Shown one piece after another: positions 1-6,545 of a stretch of DNA of 34,035 nucleotides. The DNA is from a virus. The notes under the pieces were generated by a model. That model saw nothing but the letters and a program-made list of their open reading frames with translations. It was not told the origin of the DNA and searched no databases. The DNA lies in IMG/VR virus record IMGVR_UViG_3300037461_001127, positions 1 to 34,035 of that record. One strand, given 5' to 3'. The translations under genes were made by a program, and so were the position numbers. Each line of letters begins with the position of its first letter. Positions within the stretch are counted from its first letter, which is position 1.

Positions 1-127
1 GGCGGCACGAGTGGCGCGCCACTTCCTCACCTTGTCGCTCTCCAGCGATGCGTTCAGGCGGTCGATCAGGTCACCGACCTCTAGCTCTTCACCATCTGGC
101 CCAAGGATTTGGTTGTCGTCCTCCGAC
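1..127. repeat. Terminal direct repeat, left copy (identical to 33909..34035)
   Basis: ggcggcacgagtggcgcgccacttcctcacc...gttgtcgtcctccgac was read base for base at both ends of the window. Confidence 0.95.
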
Positions 128-168
128 CAGCCGTAACGACCCGGCTTCCATCGCAGTCTGTCTCTCAT
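1..168 (-). CDS. Hypothetical 66-aa protein, N-terminal 56 codons (gene split by the window junction; continues at 33908..33876)
   Basis: ATG 168..166 overlaps the portal stop (ATGA). Hand translation is MRDRLRWKPGRYGWSEDDNQILGPDGEELEVGDLIDRLNASLESDKVRKWRATRAA, continuing NEAKRLALAD-stop across the junction. The composition looks like a real protein. Confidence 0.55.
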   Translation of the reverse strand, partial: MRDRLRWKPGRYGWSEDDNQILGPDGEELEVGDLIDRLNASLESDKVRKWRATRAA

Positions 169-1757
169 GACACGGCCTCCTCCTGGCTCGTTGACATCAT
201 CTGGTCCGCCACTGGCCCGACATCCGGCACGCTCATGCCGGTCTCGTCCATGACGCGCTTGACCTCGGCGGCGATCTGCTCCTCGTCCCAGTCGGCGTGC
301 AGCATGCGCACCTTGGTGTCGACCGAGACGGCGGCGGCGCGGTTGAGCGTCTCGACGGTGCGCGAGAGCGCTTCGGCGTCGGGCTGCACCGCGTCGGGCC
401 AGGCCACCGTGACCTCGCCCGAGGCGCCGGTCGCGAAAAGCAGCGCGTCGAGCTCCAGCCAGGTCGTGAGCAGCGGCTCCAGCGCCTGTGACCAGTAGCG
501 CGTCTTCTTGTCCCTCGTGCGGTTGCTCTTGCGCTCCCGGGCCGTGACCTCGGTGGCGGTCTGCGTGCCCTCGGCGTTCCTTCCGAAGGTCGAGGCCGAG
601 TAGCCGGCGGCGTCGAGGATCTGGCCGGTGAGGTCGGCCGCCGTGTCCATGTGCTCCTTCACGCGGATGGCGAACTGCTGCGCTGTGATCTGCGACGGGG
701 CGCCTGCCTGCGGCGGGGCGATGGTGAGCGCCGTAAAGACCTCCTGGTCTTCGTCCCAGTAGGCGCCCTTGCCACGGCCCGCGTCCTTGAGCATGAACTC
801 GGGGACGATGATGCGGCTGCGAGCGAGGCGCACGTCGCGCATCCACGAGGTGTAGGTCTCGTCGAGCGCGTCCATGAGCGGCTCGACGCCGTCGTAGTCG
901 CTGCGCCCGAGCTCGACGAGCTCCTCGATCTTGCGCCAGCGGCGCTGCGGCCGCATGTTGGCGACGTAGGCAGCGGTGAGGCTCTTGACACCGGTGGGGA
1001 TGGTCGCCGTCGTGCCGCCCTCGTCGGCGAACTCGACGTAGGGCGCGGTCGAGGGATGCTCGGCCAGGGGCCGCGCGCTGCCGAGGGTCTTTGCGTCACC
1101 TCGGTAGAGGCCGTGGTAGATGGCCTCCGGATCGTGACGCTCGAGATGCCGGATCACCTCCTGGTCGCCCTTGCTGCCTCTGTACTCGGTGAAGAACGTC
1201 ACCGCGACGAGCTTGTTCCAGCGCCACTCGCCGATCGCCGAGTCGGCGGCGACGGTGTCGAGCATCACGTGACCTGCGACCTCCTTGTCCCAGACCAGGC
1301 GCAGCCAGCCGCCCCCGAGGGCGGCGACGATCTCGGCGCACTCGACGAGCGAGGCGTGGAAGTCGCCGGTGTTGAGGTGGTCGTCGAGACGCTGCTTCGT
1401 CGCGTCGCTCGCCTCGGCGACGGTGAACTGCGGCGGTTCGGAGAAGAGCAGGTCGGCGGAAGCGGTCGCGATGTCGGCGGCGAGCGGCACGTGCAGGCGG
1501 GACTTGCGCTGGCCGCTCGTCGACGGGCGCCCCCAGAAGAAGCGTGCGACGGCCGGGATGACGCCGCCCTCGCGACTCGTCAGCGGTTCGAACGACGCCT
1601 CCCTAGTGGGCGCCGCGTAGCCCCCGCCGCCGACGGCGCCGTAGGCCGCCGAGAGGCCCTCCGGGTCGCCGACCAGCCAGGCGCTCCACAGCGCCTGCTG
1701 CGCCAGGGCGACGTTCTGCGGTGGAGGCGGCCAGGCGCCGCCTGTGGGCAGGGTCAT
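165..1757 (-). CDS. Portal protein
   Basis: 530 aa starting MTLPTGGAWPPPPQNVALAQQ. ATG 1757..1755 forms an ATGA overlap with the TerL stop. The size and the position directly after the large terminase are typical of portals. The track ORF 165..2174 has an Arg-rich N-terminal extension overlapping TerL, which I reject. Confidence 0.8.
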   Translation of the reverse strand: MTLPTGGAWPPPPQNVALAQQALWSAWLVGDPEGLSAAYGAVGGGGYAAPTREASFEPLTSREGGVIPAVARFFWGRPSTSGQRKSRLHVPLAADIATASADLLFSEPPQFTVAEASDATKQRLDDHLNTGDFHASLVECAEIVAALGGGWLRLVWDKEVAGHVMLDTVAADSAIGEWRWNKLVAVTFFTEYRGSKGDQEVIRHLERHDPEAIYHGLYRGDAKTLGSARPLAEHPSTAPYVEFADEGGTTATIPTGVKSLTAAYVANMRPQRRWRKIEELVELGRSDYDGVEPLMDALDETYTSWMRDVRLARSRIIVPEFMLKDAGRGKGAYWDEDQEVFTALTIAPPQAGAPSQITAQQFAIRVKEHMDTAADLTGQILDAAGYSASTFGRNAEGTQTATEVTARERKSNRTRDKKTRYWSQALEPLLTTWLELDALLFATGASGEVTVAWPDAVQPDAEALSRTVETLNRAAAVSVDTKVRMLHADWDEEQIAAEVKRVMDETGMSVPDVGPVADQMMSTSQEEAVS

Positions 1758-2986
1758 GCTGCCTCCTTGAGGTCGAGAGCGATGGTGAGGGGCACGACGG
1801 AGCCCCAGATCGTCATGGTCGAGTAGATGGCGTAGCGCAGCGCGTCGCAGCAGTCGTCGTTGGCCTTCACGGGGGCGTCTTCGCCGCGGGCCGTCGCCCT
1901 GGGGTCCCAGACGTAGCCCGGGATCTCGGCGATGAGGTGGCGGCAGGCGTCGGAGACGACGAGGCGGTCGGTGGCGAGCAGGCTGGCGATCGTGCGCACG
2001 CCGGGCACGACGGCGTTGTGCGCGTCCATCACGTTGGGCAGGCCGTCGGTGAAGAGCTGCAGCTTGAACGAGGCCGCCGCCGGGTCGACGCAGACCCACT
2101 CCGGGGAGCGCCCGCCGATCCAGCGCCGGAAGTCGATCGAGTAGCCGACGTCGGTCATGCGCCCGGGCGCCCACTCGTCGACGACCACGAGCCGCGGCTG
2201 GGCCTCGGACGAGATGCCGACGAGGTAGCCCCGCGTCGGATGCGTGGTGCCGTAGTCGATGCCGACGGACAGCAGGCGGCCGATCGGCGGCAGCGACGCC
2301 GGCGGGCGCACGTGGCGGTCGGGGTCCCAGTCCTCATAGACGGAGCCCTCGGCGACGCACCACTCGCCGTCGATCAGGCGCCGGCGCCAGAGGCCGGTGT
2401 ACTCGGCGCGGATGGCCTCGACGAAGGACTCCGGAAGGTAGGGGTTGTCGGCGAGGCGGAACTGGAAGCGCGCCAGCCCGAGCTCGTCGGCGCGGTCGAG
2501 GTACTTGACCTTGAGCCAGTGCATCGGCGAGTCGGGGTTCGTGGTCGCGATGAGGCGCGCATCCTCGAGCGAGAGGCGGGAGAGGAGCATCGTGTAGAAG
2601 CTCTCCGGCACCGTGCTCGCCTCGTCGACGTAGGCCCCGATCAGGGTGAGGCCGCGGATCTTCTCCTCGGCGCGCTCGTCGTTGGCGCCCACCAGGTAGA
2701 CGCGCCGGCCGCAGACGAAGAGCTCGCCGGAGCCGCCGACGTAGCGGCAGCGCTGATTGCCGAGCAGCTCGATCAGCGGGTCGACGACGTTGCGCTTCAG
2801 GGTGCGCTCCGTCTTGCCGGCCATGAGCAGGTTGCCGGGCGGGGCGTGGCGGCAGTAGTCGATCCAGGCGATGTCGGCGCCGACGCTCTTGCCCGACCGC
2901 ACGCTGCCGTCGCAGATCGTCATGCGGCTCGCCGAGAGCGAGTCCCAGACGGCGCGCTGCTTGGCGGTCAGGCCGGTGAGGATCAC
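1754..2986 (-). CDS. terL: Terminase large subunit
   Basis: Walker A-like DGSVRSGKS and Walker B-like LIGAYVDEAS, with a C-terminal nuclease-type region (VGIDYG...). The GTG start forms a GTGA overlap with the upstream gene stop. Confidence 0.9.
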   Translation of the reverse strand: MILTGLTAKQRAVWDSLSASRMTICDGSVRSGKSVGADIAWIDYCRHAPPGNLLMAGKTERTLKRNVVDPLIELLGNQRCRYVGGSGELFVCGRRVYLVGANDERAEEKIRGLTLIGAYVDEASTVPESFYTMLLSRLSLEDARLIATTNPDSPMHWLKVKYLDRADELGLARFQFRLADNPYLPESFVEAIRAEYTGLWRRRLIDGEWCVAEGSVYEDWDPDRHVRPPASLPPIGRLLSVGIDYGTTHPTRGYLVGISSEAQPRLVVVDEWAPGRMTDVGYSIDFRRWIGGRSPEWVCVDPAAASFKLQLFTDGLPNVMDAHNAVVPGVRTIASLLATDRLVVSDACRHLIAEIPGYVWDPRATARGEDAPVKANDDCCDALRYAIYSTMTIWGSVVPLTIALDLKEAA

Positions 2987-3336
2987 GACTTCTCTCTGAG
3001 CGAGGCGAGCCAGTCGTCGACCACGCTGGCCGCGGCGGCGTGGGCCTCGCGGTCCTCGAGCTCGGAGACGGTCTTGGCGAAGTCGCGCGCCGCCGCCATG
3101 GTCGTGGCCGGCGGCACCTCGTCGCGCTTCAGCTGCAGCATGTACTTCTCCAGCGAGGCGTCACGCGCCTCGGCGAAACGCAGCTGTGCCCGGCGCCTGA
3201 CCTGGGGCGCCGAGCCGCCGTGCACGCGGCAGACGGTGCCGCCGATGATGGCCCAGTTCTTGCAGGGTTGCTTGGTCCTGCAGCTGTGCGCCTTGCAGCG
3301 CCTGCGCTGGACGGAGTCGGGGATGCCGTGGTTCAC
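2983..3336 (-). CDS. Small-terminase-like DNA-binding protein (Cys-rich CRVHGG motif)
   Basis: 117 aa lying immediately upstream of and translationally coupled to TerL. N-terminal motif RRRCKAHSCRTKQPCKNWAIIGGTVCRVHGG, followed by a helical tail. The function is assigned from position and motif only. Confidence 0.55.
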   Translation of the reverse strand: MNHGIPDSVQRRRCKAHSCRTKQPCKNWAIIGGTVCRVHGGSAPQVRRRAQLRFAEARDASLEKYMLQLKRDEVPPATTMAAARDFAKTVSELEDREAHAAAASVVDDWLASLREKS

Positions 3337-3342
3337 AGCCGT

Positions 3343-3747
3343 CTATCGTCGCCGCTTCGCAGGGCGGGCGGCGGGTACACTTTCCTCCCGGCCGAGGTAG
3401 GTGTAGGTGCCGGTGTGCGAGCCCTCGATCCGGTAGCCGTGGCGGCGCAGGCGGCGGATGTGGCCCTTGACGCACCACCAGACTCGCGGCGCCGCCGATT
3501 CGATGCCGAGCGAGCGGTAGACGTTGACCGGAGCACCCTGCCTGGTGACGAAGAGCTCGAGGATCCGCGGGCCGAGAGTGGGGTCGTGCGCCGGATTGTA
3601 GTCGCGCACCTTGCGGCGGCAGGGCGTACACACGCAGGTGCCAGGCACTTCGTCGGCGGCGATCTGGCAGCCGCACGAGCTGCAGCGGCGCTCCGGCGGC
3701 GCGCTCAGAGCGACCTCACATGTCGAGGCAAAGGGCACAGAGCCCAA
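3343..3747 (-). CDS. Zn-ribbon plus winged-helix DNA-binding protein (paralog of 14782..15321)
   Basis: ERRCSSCGCQIAADEVPGTCVCTPCRRK is followed by a BirA-like wHTH (HIRRLRRHGYRIEG). The track start is TTG 3747. GTG 3738 is equally possible and would fit a leaderless transcript from the upstream -10-like TAGCTT. Confidence 0.6.
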   Translation of the reverse strand: MGSVPFASTCEVALSAPPERRCSSCGCQIAADEVPGTCVCTPCRRKVRDYNPAHDPTLGPRILELFVTRQGAPVNVYRSLGIESAAPRVWWCVKGHIRRLRRHGYRIEGSHTGTYTYLGREESVPAARPAKRRR

Positions 3748-3775
3748 GCTAGGCGATGCAGCGGACGCCTCTTGC
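3748..3775 (-). promoter_or_regulatory. Copy A of a conserved 28-nt element (candidate late promoter or operator)
   Basis: gctaggcgatgcagcggacgcctcttgc matches 17084..17111 at 25 of 28 positions in the same orientation. On the minus strand it ends in TAGCTT (TAnnnT), 7 nt before GTG 3738. Confidence 0.45.
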
Positions 3776-3807
3776 GGTCCATTCGCGGTCGAGCGGTCGC
3801 GCAGCCG

Positions 3808-3886
3808 GGCGACTCGCGGCGCACCAGGCCGACTCAGCGCACCGGAAACGCCCTGCTAAACGACGGCTTCAGCGACTCAGGCGACC
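3808..3886. repeat. Three direct repeats CGACTC(A/G)..GC(A/G)ACC (candidate integrase arm-type sites in attP)
   Basis: cgactcgcggcgcacc starts at 3810, cgactcagcgcacc at 3830 and cgactcaggcgacc at 3873. All lie in the non-coding stretch next to int. Confidence 0.4.
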
Positions 3887-3904
3887 GCCTCCGCAGGCGC
3901 CCCA

Positions 3905-3932
3905 GCGGATTCGAATTCCGTTGGGGGCACCA
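3905..3932 (+). other. tRNA 3'-end-like segment (candidate attP core); not a complete tRNA gene
   Basis: gcgga-ttcgaat-tccgt has the layout of a T-arm with a TTCGAAT loop. It is followed by a 7-nt acceptor strand tgggggc, discriminator a and cca. No matching 5' acceptor strand (gccccca) is seen upstream. Caveat: the loop-closing pair is A-T rather than the near-universal G53-C61. Confidence 0.4.
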
Positions 3933-3954
3933 GCTCCATCCCCGCCAGAAGCGC

Positions 3955-5184
3955 CTACTTTGCAGGAGCTTCTCCGGACGCCTTGCCACCGGTGATGACC
4001 GAGAGGCCGCGTTTGCGGTCGGTTTGCGGTCGAGCGCCGCGAGAGCGCTCCGCGACGAGGGCCTCGTCGAAGGCGCCCACGGCGGCGCGCTGCAGCTCGG
4101 GGACCGCCTCGACGTAGTAGTCGAAGGTCGTGCGCACGTCGACGTGGCCGAGCAGGTCGCGCAGGCTCTCGGGGTCGAGCAGTTGCCGGGTGGCGAAGTA
4201 GGTGGCGTAGGCCCGGCGCAGGTCGTGGAGCGAGAGTGAGAAGCCGCGGCGCTGGGCGATCTCGATGAACGAGTGGCTCACCGTGTCGGGCACCAGGTGC
4301 GAGCCGTCGCCCTTGGCGCAGACGAAGCCCTCGCCGGCGTAGCCAGGACCGGCGACCGTGCGCTCGGCGTCCTGGCGATCGCGATGAGCGCGCAGCTCGG
4401 CGACCGTCGAGGGCGGGATCGGGATGCGGCGCACCCGGTCACGCTTGGTCCCCTTGAGGAAGACGCCCTCGGCCTTGGTCTGCGAGAGCGAGGCGCAGAT
4501 GACCGCGACGCCGTGCTCGAGGTCGACGTTCTCCCAGGTCAAGGCGAGCGCCTCCCCGCGGCGCACGTCGCAGGTCAGGCAGAGCAGGGCGCACATGAAC
4601 ACCGCCCGGCCGCGGCAGGCTTCGACCGCGGACAGGGCCTCGGCGAGCGATGGCGCCGGCTGCTTGACGCTGCGCCCCCGCGGGGCCGCGACGCGGCGCA
4701 CGGGGTTCGTGCGCACCATGCCCATGTCGAGCGCCCACTCGTAGGCTCCGGAGAGCACGGCGCGCTGCTGGCGCACGGTGGCCGGCGCATAGCCCTTGCC
4801 GTCGACGCGGCCGCCTGCGAGCTGCTCGGTCTGCCACTTCTGCACCGCGATCGGGCGCAGGCGACTGGCGAGCAGCTCGCCGAAGGCGGGCACGAGCGCA
4901 TCGTCGACGATACCGGCGTAGCGTTCGCGCGTCTTGGCGCCGAGCTTGGCGTGCTCGAGGTAGCCGGCGAGGAGCTCGGCGACGGTGAGCTTGGCGTCGG
5001 CCTCGACGCCGCCGCGGATCTCGTCCTTGCGGGCGTCGATGGCGTCGAGGGCCGCTGTGCGAGTCGCGAAGCTGCCCACGACCTCACGTCGCGGGCCGCC
5101 GTTGGCGGCGTCGACGTAGAGCCGCGCCTGCCAGGAGACGCGCCCGGTGCGTCCTGAAACCCGCTTGTCGGCGTGGCCCTTCAC
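3955..5184 (-). CDS. int: Tyrosine integrase
   Basis: Catalytic-type motifs are present: VRRGEALALTWENVDL (Arg), HDLRRAYATY (H-x-x-R) and LLGHVDVRTTFDYYVE (His...Tyr). The N-terminal arm-binding-like region is GRVSWQARLYVD. GTG start with AGGGGG 4 nt upstream. Confidence 0.92.
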   Translation of the reverse strand: MKGHADKRVSGRTGRVSWQARLYVDAANGGPRREVVGSFATRTAALDAIDARKDEIRGGVEADAKLTVAELLAGYLEHAKLGAKTRERYAGIVDDALVPAFGELLASRLRPIAVQKWQTEQLAGGRVDGKGYAPATVRQQRAVLSGAYEWALDMGMVRTNPVRRVAAPRGRSVKQPAPSLAEALSAVEACRGRAVFMCALLCLTCDVRRGEALALTWENVDLEHGVAVICASLSQTKAEGVFLKGTKRDRVRRIPIPPSTVAELRAHRDRQDAERTVAGPGYAGEGFVCAKGDGSHLVPDTVSHSFIEIAQRRGFSLSLHDLRRAYATYFATRQLLDPESLRDLLGHVDVRTTFDYYVEAVPELQRAAVGAFDEALVAERSRGARPQTDRKRGLSVITGGKASGEAPAK

Positions 5185-5210
5185 TTACCCCCTCTCGATG
5201 CCCGCGAAGT

Positions 5211-5750
5211 CTACGCGCCGGCGGCGACGGACTCCAGCGTCGCGAGCCCCGGCCAGACGACCTTCTCAAGCGCCGCTGCGTTGACCTGCGGCACGCTGGC
5301 GACCGGCTCGCCGTAGGCGTCCCTGGCCATGCACCAGAGCAGGTAGGCGTCGGCCTCGTTGTTGTCCGAGCCCTCGAAGCCGAAGCGCCGGATCGCGGCG
5401 GCGATCATCTCGTCCTTGCCGCAGTTGCCCTTGCCGGTCGCGTACTTCTTCAGGCTGGAGGGGGCGACGTCCACGAACGGCACGCCGAGGCGGTGGAGCA
5501 GGAGGCGCACGCAGCCGCCGAGCTCGCCGATGTCAAACACCGCGCGACCCTTGCTGCCGAACGAGTAGCCCTCCAGGACCACGAGCTCGACGTCGTCGTC
5601 ACGGCAGAAGCCGCGCACCTCGTCGACGATCGCCGAGAGGCGCGCGGCGCCCGACAGCCCCTTGGAGGCGATGCAGGTCGTGGTGCCGTCAGGCCGGCAG
5701 ACGCCGCTGCGGACGAGTGAGAGATCGAGGGCGAGGATCTGCGTCTTCAC
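5211..5750 (-). CDS. RuvC-like Holliday junction resolvase
   Basis: ILALDLSLVRSGVC, VVLEGYSF, KKYATGKGNCGKDEM and NNEADAYLLW give a RuvC-type acidic catalytic pattern. Confidence 0.8.
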   Translation of the reverse strand: MKTQILALDLSLVRSGVCRPDGTTTCIASKGLSGAARLSAIVDEVRGFCRDDDVELVVLEGYSFGSKGRAVFDIGELGGCVRLLLHRLGVPFVDVAPSSLKKYATGKGNCGKDEMIAAAIRRFGFEGSDNNEADAYLLWCMARDAYGEPVASVPQVNAAALEKVVWPGLATLESVAAGA

Positions 5751-6358
5751 GCCCGGGCCTCTTCACGAGCGACGACCGCGAAGCGGTGGCCGTAGTCGGC
5801 GGGGATGATCACGGCGTCGGAGCGGCGCTCAGCGCCGTCGTCCTCGCCGCGGACAGTGAAGTCGTCGAGACCTCCGGCGAAGCCGTCGACCGCGCTGCAG
5901 TAGTCAGCGATCAGCTCGAGGTACGTCGTGTGCTCGCCGATCTCGGTGACGTGCGGCTCGTCGTCACCGGGCCACAGGACGACCACGCAGGGCGTGAACC
6001 CCGGGACGTCCGGTGCGAGGCGCCCGACGTCGGCGTAGCCGGCCGTCTTGACCTCGCCCGTGATCGGGTCGACGTCGGGTGCTTCGGCGTCGCGCTTCAT
6101 GTCGAGCATCACCTCGGCCGCGGTGGCGACGCCGGCGGTGATGCGCTCCTTGCGCAGGTTCTCCTCGGCGTCGTCGCGGAGGATGATCGCGGCCGCCAGC
6201 TTGATACGCGCGTTGACGACGCTCTTCTCCGCCGACTCGACGTCGGCCTGGAAGTGCTCGACGAACTCCTCGGCGATCTGCAGGCGCGTCTTCGCCGGCG
6301 GGGTGAACAATGCGGTCTGCGTGGCGGTCTCTTCGACCAGGGTCGTGGTGCCGCTCAC
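5747..6358 (-). CDS. Hypothetical protein (N-terminal coiled coil)
   Basis: 203 aa with a GTG start and GGAAGGAG 7 nt upstream. ATGA-type overlap with the downstream resolvase gene. Codon third positions are high in G+C. Confidence 0.7.
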   Translation of the reverse strand: MSGTTTLVEETATQTALFTPPAKTRLQIAEEFVEHFQADVESAEKSVVNARIKLAAAIILRDDAEENLRKERITAGVATAAEVMLDMKRDAEAPDVDPITGEVKTAGYADVGRLAPDVPGFTPCVVVLWPGDDEPHVTEIGEHTTYLELIADYCSAVDGFAGGLDDFTVRGEDDGAERRSDAVIIPADYGHRFAVVAREEARA

Positions 6359-6399
6359 CAGGTGCTCCTTCCATGCGTTGTGGCCGTCATCGGTCGTGT

Positions 6400-6533
6400 C
6401 GTTGCCCGGTCGGCCGGAGGGCGTTGCCCAAACCTAGGGAAATACGGTTTGGGCAACGCTCCTCTCAGGCTCGACGAGCCCTTTGGACAGGCAGTTTCGG
6501 ACGTTGCCCAAATACGTCCCCTTTGGGCAACGC
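6400..6533. repeat. Cluster of TTGCCCAAA/TTTGGGCAA half-sites forming two inverted repeats (candidate origin iterons or operators)
   Basis: IR1 is GCGTTGCCCAAA 6421..6432 paired with TTTGGGCAACGC 6448..6459 (15-nt A/T-richer spacer). IR2 is CGTTGCCCAAA 6502..6512 paired with TTTGGGCAACG 6522..6532 (9-nt spacer). There are also partial copies: cgttgccc at 6400..6407 and tttggaca near 6482. Confidence 0.6.
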
Positions 6534-6545
6534 TAAGAGGCAGGC

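Noticed and set aside
1758-2174. N-terminal extensions of several track ORFs: 165..2174, 9237..9710, 12898..13629, 13712..14059, 18010..19116, 28913..29719, 31788..32693, 32539..33678, 20440..22881 and 26748..27251.
   Set aside because: The extensions overlap the preceding gene. They are Arg/Pro-rich nonsense up to an internal ATG or GTG that sits exactly at the upstream stop codon (ATGA/GTGA/TGATG) or behind a good RBS. The shorter starts were used.
3905-3932. Possibility of a complete tRNA gene at the attP-like region.
   Set aside because: Only a T-arm/acceptor/CCA-like 3' portion is present. No complementary 5' acceptor strand, D-arm or convincing anticodon arm is found in the preceding 70 nt. 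It is reported only as a fragment or attP core candidate.
651-4239. Long plus-strand ORFs (651..1826, 1721..3400, 3040..4239), and similar ones throughout (for example 4273..5157, 7215..8552, 15104..16213, 20794..22191, 24136..25425, 25887..27209, 30585..32435).
   Set aside because: They lie antisense to well-supported minus-strand genes. They are dominated by Arg/Gly/Ala/Asp/Val low-complexity sequence, have no recognisable motifs and lack RBS-linked starts. Such open frames are expected in high-G+C DNA.
5188-5200. 13-nt exact repeat ccccctctcgatg, also at 12816..12828.
   Set aside because: By a rough estimate, one or more 13-mer coincidences are expected by chance in a 34-kb G+C-biased genome. 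At 5188 it is simply the integrase RBS region. There is no supporting context at the second site.
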